64,000 nucleotides of DNA from Felis catus (taxonomy: Eukaryota). The DNA is taken from assembly GCF_018350175.1 (NCBI RefSeq), contig NC_058368.1, positions 131,504,001 through 131,568,000 on the forward strand, written 5' to 3'. Made by a program: the position numbers and the translations under genes. This document shows, one piece after another, positions 52,586 through 64,000 of this stretch (positions are counted from its first letter, which is position 1; each line of letters opens with the position of its first letter). The notes beneath the pieces are model-generated. The model saw only the letters and a list, made by a program, of their open reading frames with translations, ran no database searches and was not told the DNA's origin.

Positions 52586-52982
52586 TAAAGGTGACCTTAT
52601 TTGGAACTAGGGTCTGTGAACATGTAATCAGGTTAAGGTGTGGTCATTAGGGTAAGCCCTAATTCAGTGACTGGTATCCTTTAGAGACAAGGGAAATTTT
52701 GGCAGAGGGACACACAGAACGACAATGCCATGTGAAGACAGCGATAGAGATTGTAAAAATACATGTACAAACCAAAGAACACCAGGAATTGCCAGCCATC
52801 ACCAGAAGCTAGGAGAGATGCATGGAATCAATGCATCACCAGAGCCCTTGGAAGGACCCAACCCTGCCAACACCTTGATTTCAGACTTCTAGCCTCCAGA
52901 ATGGAAAGAGAATAAGTTTCTATTGTGTTCAGCCACCAAGTTTATGGTACTTTTGTTACAACAGTTCTAAGAAACTAATGGT
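52586..52982 (+). mobile_element. MaLR MLT1C-like LTR
   Basis: gtgaccttatttggaa, gccatgtgaagaca, ccaccagaagctaggagag, caccttgatttcagacttctagcctccagaa. Confidence 0.85.
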
Positions 52983-52989
52983 GATATAA

Positions 52990-53420
52990 ATGCTTGAATA
53001 AATAAAATAAGGAAGAAGACACTAATCTCTCATGCAGAAGTACTCCACATAATTTACATAGCTACTTTCCCCTCAAGGAAATAGAAGATAACTCCCCACT
53101 CGTACATAAGTGTAGGATGCACACAGTGACTTCCTTCCAAAAACTATAGTGTGAAAGAGCAGTGTTGTAGGGACTAGCTTTATAGTGGGGAAATCCAACA
53201 AAGGTCAATGCCAAGAGTGGTAAGTCATGTGGATAATATGCAACAATGATATGATGTGATGAAAATGGCACTTTACCTCTGGAGTCTTCCTTCCACAAAC
53301 TCATAACCCTAGTCTCATCAAGTGAAAACCATACGACAGATTTCAAGGACATTCTACAAAATGCCTGATCAGTACTCTAATAAACTGTCAAGATCATCAA
53401 AAACAAGGAGAGTCTGGAGA
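52990..53420 (+). mobile_element. L1MC/MD-like 3' UTR fragment
   Basis: cacacagtgacttccttccaaa and gatgaaaatggcactttacctct motifs. Confidence 0.65.
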
Positions 53421-54378
53421 AATAAGACAAAGTTCATTAAAAATAAAGCAGTGGCCAAGAATCACTAGAATTTAGCTCACTGCTACTACCAACACAGATG
53501 AAATTATAAAGTCCTCCTTTAAAGCCATTCTACCTGGTTCTGGCTGTACCATACTTCCCATACTTATCCATTCAACAAGGTTTTGTTCAGTGCACCCCAT
53601 GTACACTAGGAGACACTATTAAATAGGGTCCTAAGAATAGAGTAATGGCTAAAACCAAATCCATTCCCTGAGTAGTTTACACTCTGGTGTGAATGTACTG
53701 CAGTTCTTAAAAAGTCAAAGGTACATGCATGTTCCTACCTGGTCTACAATATACAATTCCAAGTACACAACCCAGAGGATCCAGAACTAGACAGCTGTGA
53801 GTAAAACACATGCAGGCAAACTAACCTCCTCCTACAGTGGGGTACTTAGTGGTCACCAAAATGGCCAGTACCTTAACAAATAGACTTTTCCTTACAGAAG
53901 CCACAGGATTTAAAGACTAAGACTTTCTTCTCATGATACAGGAGAGCTATACAAATGCAAAAGAGCTTGTAGAAAAAAATTAAAATACTGAAACAAAACT
54001 CAAATACTGGGAGATGTACTTTGCCCAATTATTTGCTATCTACTGCTACCGACAAAGTCAGAGAGTACCTCAAGTTCAATTCATCTTTTGACACCAATTC
54101 TCATCGTACCAGCAACTCTTCCAGAAATAGGTCAATGCTCTTGCTACCCAGTATGAAACAACAGAGCAAGTGTACTCCCTCCCTTTTCTGTATCTGTACA
54201 CACGTACTGATAAACCTATCATTAAATGAGCAACTATGTCTTGTTCATTGTATCTGCGGTGTCTCTCAGATCCACCCATTCCTCTCAGTCCTTACTGCCT
54301 TACCTATCACTTATAACTGTACTAGTACAAAGAGCCTTGTACTTTATTTCTCCTCTTAACCTATTTTCCACATTCCCA

Positions 54379-54384
<6 letters not shown>

Positions 54385-54434
<50 letters not shown>
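54385..54434. repeat. (CA)n microsatellite
   Basis: Directly visible. Confidence 0.97.
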
Positions 54435-54705
54435 AAGCCTACCCTTAATATTTATAAAACGCGTGTGGGGTCATGTCACAAAGACTATTTTGATCATTCT
54501 CAAAAACCTGGACTAGTTTTCCCAACTGCCAGCCCAGCATTCAAAGTTTTCTACAACCCCAAGTTTTATAGCCCACTAACTCCTCTACGTGAACACCCAC
54601 TGTATTTCCCCATTTCTTAGCATTTTCCATCTTTGAATCAGTGAGAGAAATGTCAGATGGAGTCCAACCTGGTAACTTTAAAAAAAGGGGTGAAGGGGGG
54701 TGAGG

Positions 54706-54941
54706 AGGAGGCCTGGGTGGTTCAGTTGGTTAAGCATCCGACTTCGGCTCAGGTCATGGCCTCACAGTTTGCGGGTTCGAGCCCCGCGTCAGGTTCTGTG
54801 CTGACAGCTCAGAGTCTGGAGCCCCCGTCAGATTCTGTCTCCCTCTCTCTGTGCCCCTCCTCTTGCTCATGCTCTGTCTCTCTCTCTCTCACAAATAAAT
54901 AAATGTTTTAAAAATTTTTAAATAAAAATTTGTTTAAAAAA
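54706..54941 (+). mobile_element. Can-SINE
   Basis: Head, CT tract, tail. Confidence 0.9.
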
Positions 54942-55242
54942 AGGAAATAAAGCTCAGAAGGTTAAAGTAACTTGCCTATGCCAACATAATTAGCAAAGCC
55001 AAACAAGCAGACATGCAAACCTAGGGCCCACGAACACTAATCTTGTCATTCTGACAGGTTTCCCATCTCCATCTATCCATATCCTATCCATTCTTTACCT
55101 TTCATTCAAATGCCTTCCTTGACAATTTCAGGGTTAGTAGTTTGTAACAGTCTTGGCAAAGAGCAATAATAGATATGCTAAAAAGTTTAGGTGCTTACTG
55201 CTAGTAGTTTTAGATGTCTCACTGAGCCCTGGCAATTTTAAA

Positions 55243-55267
55243 ACACACACACACACACACACACACA
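55243..55267. repeat. (CA)n microsatellite
   Basis: Directly visible. Confidence 0.95.
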
Positions 55268-55559
55268 AAACTTAGCTGGCAGTTATTAAGTGCTTACACA
55301 AACTAGCCACAGGGATCAATGCTTTGCATAAATTTCCTCACTTAATCTTGATGAGGGGACAACAATTCTTTTTACAAGTGATGAAAAAGACCCAATAAGT
55401 ATAAGCCTTTGTTTAAGGTTACACAAATGGAAAACCTGACCTTGAACCCAGGTTTGGGTTAAACATATTAAGGGCATTGCCCTTAGCTCACATTTAAATA
55501 AAAAGTTTTTATTCCCTTATGAACATGTGCAGACCCTACTTCCAGGGTCTTCCCCTTAA

Positions 55560-56050
55560 GAAGCCTACCTGTAACAAATGGCCTGGAAAACCATGGTGAC
55601 TTACCACCAGCAGGGAGCTTCCACAGTGCCCGCCGTGCCAGGGAGAAGCCCTCACAGCTGCCAAGCTTGCTTCACCAGGCTTCCAGAGTCCCCACCCCCA
55701 CTTTCCCTCCAGGACTAGGCAGGGTGGATGGTGGCCCACACCAGCGGTGTCTCCTATAAGCTCCTCTGGCATCGGGTCCACATTGTGAACATCACTGGAC
55801 AGAGGGATGCTAGATCCGTAGGGACCGACCTCTCCTGCTCTGTCCTCCCCAGATGCACTGTAGGAACCTCCCTAGGGGCCTCCATTTCCAGGGAAAGGAC
55901 CTGGCGGCACCCTTGGGAGCACACTCAGCTTTGGCAGCCCAGCTTGCCAAGACAGCCCCCGACCTCCAGACATCAACACCCCAGATGGAGAGGTCTGGCC
56001 AGGGGCCACTGAGGACCAATGGAAAACCCCGATGCCCCTAACTCTTCTCT
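55560..56050 (-). promoter_or_regulatory. GC-rich patch, possible decayed CpG-island promoter of the nucleotidase-like gene
   Basis: Visibly GC-richer than the AT-rich surroundings, non-repetitive, has residual CpGs and overlaps the exon-1-like segment. Confidence 0.35.
55742..55885 (-). pseudogene. NT5ELP: Degenerate first coding exon of the same 5'-nucleotidase-like gene
   Basis: SIPLSSDVHNVDPMPEELIGDTAG (55811 downward) resembles the CG11883-type metallophosphatase N-terminal motif TILHFNDVYNV....EEPVGGAAR. A strong-context gaaATGG at 55885 is one base out of frame. Strand and order fit the 37.3 kb exon. Confidence 0.6.
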
Positions 56051-56769
56051 TCCTGGGACGTGTGAAATAGATCTCAAATTAGCAAGCTCTAGGTTCATAC
56101 AATGCAGACAAAGCTCATAGCTTTGAAATATTGCCGGGCAAACATTTTTGTCTAGGAAGCTCACACCTCTTCTCTGTAAAAATTTTGCCCTCTTTACAGG
56201 AAAACAGGCCATTAGTCAAGTCGTCTTTAAATAAAAACTTTTCAGCATCCATTTCTATGGTTATGCCTCTATCTGAGGGGTCCTTTAATTTGTCAGTTCA
56301 TTCAACACAACTAAATACCATTATTTCATGTCTGAGGATAAAACTAGCAGAATAGATACAACCTCGATCCTCGGGAAGACTATGCTGGATGCCTTCACCT
56401 CCCCCTGATCCCATTCTTTTCAGTCTTTGCCACAATCCTGAAGGCTCCTTTTCTGCCTCTACCATAATTCTAACCAGCCTTTCCTTTCTTCACTTTTCCT
56501 TAAAATCCAAGCATGCCACAATTTGTTTTCTGATTCACCACATGATTCTTCAGGTGTAGTTTTCTATCACATCTAATATTATAACAGAAATACTATCTTC
56601 TGTTATGGTGTGGGCTCGGACATGCTTTCTGAGGACAGGGTAAGGGAGAAACTAATGCTTGCAATGAATTCTATCTTACAGATGGAATCCCTGTTAGTCA
56701 GGAAGTGTTTCCTGAGTACTGCAACCCCTTCGAATATTGCCAGTTGGTCATTTGTTCAATTGAATCTGG

Positions 56770-58010
56770 ATTAAATGGATACATCTAGAAGAATACAAAG
56801 TGTCAAATTTGATATAATAAGAAAAATAAAACTTGAACTAAGTGAACATTAAAGAAATTAAAGTGATGGCCAAAGATCTCTCCTTCCAAAAAGCCAAGAA
56901 TGTCTAACAAGTGAGTTGTACAAATTGCACAGTTTATTGCATGAGGCCAGTGCAGTTATGATTCAAAAATCAAATAATAACAATAAAAGAAGAAAAATAT
57001 ATATACTCATTTTATTTATGAATGTGTATATAAAATTACTTTAAAAATAACTAAATACAATAGTACATTTCAAAATTACATTTTTCAGAGTTTATCCCAA
57101 GAATTTAGTATGGTTTAGCATCAGAAAAATCTATCAATGTAACTTGCTACATGAATATGTTGAAATATAAAATTGACATGATTATAGCAAATGATGGGGG
57201 AAAATATCTAAGTTAAGTCGTATCTATCATTAAAAATTCATAAAACGTTATGTTAGGGACTTTTTTCAGCATGGTGAACCAAGAGCAAGGTTTTACATAG
57301 TAAACTAACTAACTCTAAATGTGTTCCCTGTAAGATCAAAAATAAGACAAAGCTGCTCCATGACCAGATTATTGGAGGTCTATTAATGGTAGAATACCAT
57401 TAAAAGAAATAAAATGACAGGGGGATAAAAAGAAGAAAGAATGCAAGGGAGAAAATAATTAATTCAATATAGCAGATTATAAGAATAAATTATAAAACCT
57501 ACATGAGCCCCTCAATAGACACCAAAAAAACTTTTGACTGAATTCAGTTCCCATTTCTCATAAAATGAGGAATAGAAACTTGCTCAACTTGATAAAGAAC
57601 ATCTCTGTAAAATCTAAAGTTACTATTGCCCTTAAGAGTCTGAATTTTCACCCCTCAGATTACAAACAATGAATGCATGGATGTGTACTCCTCCCATTTC
57701 AACTCAGAATTAAAATAGATGTTCTAGACGGTATTGTCAGGTGAGAGAAAGGGGGGTGGGGGAAAGGCACCCAGATTGTAAAGAAAGAAGTAAAACTTTA
57801 TTTGCATACAATGCAATCCTGTTTGTAAAAATTTCTAATCAAACCACATACAGAATGGGTATTTGAACTCATAAAGAAGGTCAGCAAAATCAAAGGATAC
57901 AAGATCAATTTACAAAAATCAATCTTATTTCTACATACAACAAATAATCAAACTGACAAGGATATTAAGAAAACAACTGCATTCGTAAGTGCATCAAAAA
58001 TAAAATACTA
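56770..58010 (+). mobile_element. Very old L1M ORF2 (RT-region) remnants
   Basis: atgaggccag, aaatctatcaatgtaa and ggatacaagatcaatttacaaaaatcaat remnants. Confidence 0.65.
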
Positions 58011-58019
58011 ACAGCAGTA

Positions 58020-61000
58020 TGGCAGTTGATGGAGTAGGAAAATCCTACTCACCTTCTCCCAGTGATGCACAGAGGCAACAACTATATATAATCCAATTTA
58101 CTCTGAAAACAACCTGAGACCGGCACAGCAGATCTTTTACAGCTAAAGGCATAAAGAGAAAGGCTTTATGAGAAGGGAAGGAAGGAAAGAGGCCCAGTAA
58201 GGAACCAAACCCCCGGTAGAGTGGCAACTCATAAGCAGGGGGGCTATTACAGGTGTGGAGGCACAACCTGAGAAGCAAGGGGATCAAGTCCCAAGTGGGG
58301 TACCCCTGGCTCTGAGCACCTACATGCGGAAGAGGAGCTTCTATAATATATGGCTTTGAGAATGAGTGTGGCTGAACTCTGGGAGAACCAGAGGGGTATA
58401 GGAAACTAAGTCTCTGCTCTTAAAGGGTCACCGTGCTATATCACATAGCCAGAGGCACAACACAGAAGCAGCAGTTTCAAAAGCACTTGGAGTATACACG
58501 AAGGAGATCTTGTGACTAATTTTAGGGCATGTGCTAGAAGGGCAGGGAGCATTCTCTGGGCAGAGAGGTGCCAGGGGGTGCCATTTTTCTTGGCCTCCTG
58601 CAGCCTAACTAGCTGGACGCTTGTGGAACCAATTCCGACATTCTCCAGCTACCCTGCTAACACTGCTTGCCCTAACACAAGTTCTCCTTTGGGCCCATGC
58701 TGTTGAACTGGCCACTCCGTCAAGCACCCTTCAAAAGCAGTTTCGAAACCCATCACAAACACATCACATTCAGGGGGCAGCCCCAGGCAAAGGAAGCACC
58801 TTCAAGAGCAATTCCTGCCTTGAGATTTGGGGAGCTAGTCCCACCTACTGGTGCCTCCACAGTAACTATAGCCAGGCTTCACACTCAGCTGTACCCAAAG
58901 CTAATCCTGTCCACCAAGGAGTACATAGCAGTTACAGTGGACTTTACAGACAACCAGACTGAGAGCCAGCCCTGCCAAGTAGGGCATCCTTAACAGTTGT
59001 GGCTGAGCCACAGTAGGAGGGTGCATATAGCTCACAAAGGGTACACCACTGGAGCATCTGGTTCTGGTGACCAGGGGGAGAATGTTACTGGGCATCAGAG
59101 GTCATAAGGCAACTACTTTCAAGGCCAGGATACATATCTGATCTATGTAATAGATACAAACAAACACAAATAGACAAAATAATGAGGCAGAGGGATATGA
59201 CTCAAATAAAGTAATGAGACAAAAATCAGAGAAAAAGATAAAACACAGATAAGCAATCACTGTGATAAAGAGCACAAAGTAATAGTCATAAAGATATACC
59301 CTGGACTTGAGAGAAGAATGGATGAACTCAGTGAGAACTACAAAGAGATAGAAAATGTAAAAAAGAACTAATCAGGACTAAAGAAAACAATAATTTATAT
59401 AAAAAATACAATAAAGGTAATCCACAGCAGATGACAGAATGAAAAAGAACGGATCTGAGAGCTGGGTGACAGGGTAGTAAAAAAGCAACCAAGCTGAAGA
59501 TAAGGGACAAAAAGAATTTTAAAACATGAGGATGAAAGCACCTCTGTGACATCATCTAGTGTACTAACATTCATATTATGGGGATCCCAGGAAAAGAGAA
59601 AGAGGGCAAAAAAACTTATTTGAAGAATCATAGCTGAACATCTCCCTAACCCGGGCAAGGAAAAGGACATCTAGGATCAGGAAGGACAGAAAGCCCCAAA
59701 CAAGATGAACACAAAGAAGTACACAACAACAATACACGTAACAAAAATGTCAAAGACTAAAGATAAGGCAAGAATGTGGAAAACAGCAACAGAAAAGCAA
59801 CTAGTTATACAAGATAGAAACCTCCTAAGTCTCTTAGCTGATTTGTCAGCAGAAACTTGGTAGACCAAAAGTAAGTAGTGTGATATAATCAAAGTGCTAA
59901 AGAGAAAAACCTACAACCAAGACTATTTAACTCAGCGAGATTATCATTCAGAATTGAAGCAAACATAAAAAAAAATTCTCACAAAAATCAAAGGAATTCA
60001 TCACCACTACACTGGCCTTACCAGAAATGTTAAAGGGACTTCTTTGAGCAGAAAAGAAAAGATCCTAACTACAACTCAGACAATTATAAGAGGGCAAAAC
60101 TTCACCGGTAAAAGCAAACATACAGTAAAGACAGTAGATCAATCACTTATAAAGCTGGTTTGAGGGTTAAATGATCAAAGTAATAAATTATACCTAAAAA
60201 AATTAGTCAAGGGATATACAAAATAAAAAGATGAAGAATATGACATCATATACATAAAATATGGAGAGGGAAATAAAAGTGTACTGCTTTTAGAATGCAT
60301 TTGTACTTAAAAGACCATCAACTTAATATAGATTGCTATGTACACAGGATGTTGTATATCAATTTCATGGTAACCACAAACCAAAAACCTCTACGGATAC
60401 ACAAAAAATAAAGGGAAAGGAATCCAAACATAACACTAAACAAAGTCATGAAATCACAAGGGAAGTAAATATGAGAAGAACAGAAAACCACAAAAACAAC
60501 CAGAATACAATTATCAAAATGGTATTAAGTATATACCTATCAATAATTACCTCAAATGTAAATGGACTAAATGCTCCCATCAAAAGACATAGGGTGACTG
60601 AAAGCATAAAAAAACAAAGCCCATTTATATGCTGCTTACAAAAGACTCATTTCAGACCTAAAGATGCAAGGAGACTGAAAGCGAAAAAAATGGGAAAAGA
60701 CATTCTATGCAAATGAATGCAAAAAAAAAAAAAGTTGGACTAGCAATACTTACATCAGACAAACACACTTTTAAAAAAGGCCATAACAAGAGACAAAGAA
60801 GGTTGTGATATAATAATAAAGAAGTCAACCCAATAAGAAATTCTAACAATTGTAAATATCTAAGCACCCAACATAGAAACACCTAAATGTATAAGGCAAA
60901 CATCAGACATAAAGAGAGAAAGTGACAATAATACAGTAATAGTGGAGACTTTAATACTTCACTTTCATCAAGGGATAGAAAATCCAGATAGAAAATCAAC

Positions 61001-61335
61001 AAGGCAATATAGCTCTGAAGGGCATATTAGACCATATGGCCCTAACAGATATATACAGAACATTCCAATCAAAAAGAGCAAAAAATATTCTTTTCAAATG
61101 CACATAGAACATCCTCTAGGATAGACCACATGTTAAGCCATAAAATAAATCTGAATAAAGTTGAAAAGATTTAAATTTTATCAAGCATCTTCTGTGACCA
61201 CAAAATTATGAAACTAGAAATCAGTTATAGGAATAAGTCTGGAAGAAATACCCATATGTGAAGGCTAAGCAACATGCTACTAAATTAACAATGGGTCAGA
61301 GAAGAAATCAAATAGAAATTTTTAAAATATCTGAT
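58020..61335 (+). mobile_element. Old L1 5' half: GC-rich 5' UTR, decayed ORF1, ORF2 endonuclease
   Basis: 5' UTR-like 58020-59100, ORF1-like 59180-60050, YLSIITSNVNGLNAPIKRHR...ICCLQKTHF at ~60530-60655. Confidence 0.85.
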
Positions 61336-61339
61336 AACA

Positions 61340-64000
61340 GGTTCACAGCAGATTTGTCCACAAAATCTTGGCAGCCAGATGGGACTGGCATAATATATTC
61401 AATGTGCTGAGCAGAAAACATATGCAATCAAGAGTACTTTATCCAGCAAGGTTGTCATTCAGAATGGAGGGGGAGATAGTTTCCGAGACAAACAAAAATT
61501 GAAGGAGTTTCTGACCACTAAATCAGCCCCTGCAAGAAACATTACCCCTGTAATGAAACATTACCCCTCTTTGGAAGGGGTAGGGGGGAGAGAGCAAAGC
61601 AACAAAGACTAGAAAGGAACAGAGAACATCACTAGAAACACCAACTTTACAAGTAACACCATTGCATTAAACTCATATTTCTCAAAAGTTTATTTCTGAA
61701 CATAAATGGACTAAATGCCCCAATTAAAAGACATAGAGATATAGAGAAAAAAAATGGATATAGAGAACGGATATAGAGAAAAAAAAAAGACTCATCTATA
61801 TGCTGCATACATGAGACACATTTTAGACCTAAAGACATCTGCAGATTCAAAGTGAGTGGATGGAGAATCATCTATCATGCTAATGGACATAAAAAAAATC
61901 CAGAGTTGCCATACTTATACCAGACAAACTAGATATTAGAGCAAAGACTGTAACAAGAGATAAAGAAGGGCATTAGATCATAATTAAGGGGTCTATCAAT
62001 CAAGAAAATCTAAAAATTATAAATATTTATGCCATCAACTTGGGAGCACCCAAACATATAAATCAATTAATGACAAACATAAATAAACTCATTGATAATA
62101 ATACAATAATAGTAGAAGACTTTAACACCTCACTTACAACAATGGACAGATCATGTAAACAGAAAATCAACAAGGAAACTATGGTTCTGAATGACACCCT
62201 GGACCATATGGACTTAACAGCTATATTCAGAACATTTCATCCTAAAGCAGTGGAATACACATTCTTTTCGAGTGCAGGTAGAACATTCTCCAGAAGAGAT
62301 AACAACTGGATCACAAATCAGCCCTCAACAAATACAAAAAGACTGAAATCATACCATGCAAATTTTCAGACTACAATACTATGAAATTTGAAGTCAACCA
62401 CAAGAAAAAATTTGGAAAGACCACAAACAGATGGATATTAAAGAATATTCTATTAAAGAATGAATGGGTTAACCAGGAAATTAAAGAACATATTTTTTTT
62501 TTAAATACATGGAAGCAAATGAAAATGAAAACACAACAGTCCAAAATCTTTGGGATGTAGCAAAGTGGTCCTAAGAGGGAAGTATATTGCAGCACAGGTC
62601 TACCTCAAGAAGCAAGAAAAGTATCAAATCCACAACCTAACCTTACACTTTAAGGAGCTAGAAAAGGAAAAGCAAATAAAACATAAAGCCAGCAGAAGGA
62701 AAATAATAAAGATTAGAGCAGAAACAAATGATATAGAAACAAAGAAACAAAAAACACAACAGATCAATGAAACTAAGGGCTGATTCTTTGAGAAAATTAA
62801 CAAACCTGATAAACCCCTAGCCGGACTTCTCAAAAGGAAAAGATAAAGGGCCCAAATAAATAAAATCAGGAATTAAAGAGGAGGGATCACAACCAACACC
62901 ACAGAAATACAAACAATTTTAAGAGAATATTATGAAAAATTATATGCTAACAAACTGGGAATCTGGAAGAAATGAACAAATTCCTAGAAGCATACAAACT
63001 ACCAAAACTGAAAGAAGAAGAAATAGAAAATTTGAATAGACCCATAACCAGCAAAGAAATTAAATCAGTAGTCAAAAATCTTGAACAAAAGTCCAGGGTC
63101 AGGTGGCTTCCCAAGGGAATTCTATCAGACATTTAAAAAAGAGTTAATACCTATTCTTCTCAAACTAGCCCAAAAAGTAGAAGTGGAAGGAAAATTTCCA
63201 AACCCATTCTATGAGGCCAACATTACCTGGGTTGCAAAACCAGACAAAGACCCCACTAAAGAGGTGAATTACAGGCCAATATCCCTGATGAACATGGATG
63301 CAAAAACTCTGAACAAGATACCAGCAAATCTAATCCAACAGTACATTAAAAGAATTATTTACCATGATCAAGTGGGATTTATTCCCGGACTGCAGGGGTG
63401 GTTCACTATTCACAAGTCAATCAACGTGATATGCCACATTAATAAAAGAAAGAATAAGAACCAAAGATCTCAGTCAATGCAGAAAAAGCATTTGATAAAA
63501 TATAGCATCTATTCTTGATAAAAATCCTCACCAAAGTAGGGATAGATGGAACATTTCTCAATAGCATAAAGGCCATTTGTGAAAGACCCACAACTAATAT
63601 CATCCTTAATAGGTAAAAACTGAGAGCTTTTCCTCTACAGTCAGGAACAAGACAGGGATGTCCACTCTCACCATTACTATTTAACAAAATACTGGAAGTC
63701 TTAGTCTTAGCAATCAGACAATGAAAAGAAACAAAAGGCATCCAAATTGGCAATGGGGAAGTCAAATTTTCACTATTTGCAGATGACAGAATATTCTAGG
63801 TAGAAAACCCAAAGACTGTGCAAAAAAATTGCTAGAACTCATGCATGAATTAAGCAAAGTTTCAGGATATAAAAATCAATGTACAGAAATCTATTGCATT
63901 TCTATACACCAATAACGAAGCAGCAAAAAAAGAAATCAAGGAGTTGATCCCATTTACGATTACACCAAAAATGATAAGGTAGCTAGGAATAAACCTAACC
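61340..64000 (+). mobile_element. Second, younger L1 (ORF1 end, ORF2 EN and RT), disabled, runs off the window
   Basis: [61 protein letters not shown] (~63774-63788); multiple stops and frameshifts. Confidence 0.92.

Noticed and set aside
53896..53946. Minus-strand AG..SLNPV..GTAAGG as nucleotidase exon 2
   Set aside because: Only four matching residues and an in-frame stop; indistinguishable from chance.
1..64000. CRISPR arrays, rRNA or prokaryote-type systems
   Set aside because: No repeat-spacer array or rRNA seen; the sequence is clearly mammalian.

Overview
Mammalian, felid-type genomic DNA (about 28 tRNA-derived Can-SINE/SINEC copies and young felid-type L1 3' ends). The left end holds the last coding exon of RNF180 (+, 2080-2279, C-terminal membrane anchor) and its 3' UTR. 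Most of the rest is repeat-rich: L1, L2, MIR, ERVL/MaLR LTR elements, hAT-Charlie fossils and microsatellites. The main hidden signal, not recognisable from the ORF track, is the remains of a minus-strand gene convergent with RNF180 that encodes a 5'-nucleotidase-family (CG11883/YfkN-like metallophosphoesterase) protein. A clear C-terminal-domain exon lies at 37218-37361 and a frameshifted first-exon-like segment at about 55742-55885 in a GC-rich patch. By recalled synteny this is probably the decayed orthologue of mouse Nt5el (human NT5ELP). A rearranged, multiply nested ERVL relic lies at 11.7-17.9 kb. Repeat subfamily names and most repeat boundaries were assigned by eye and are approximate.
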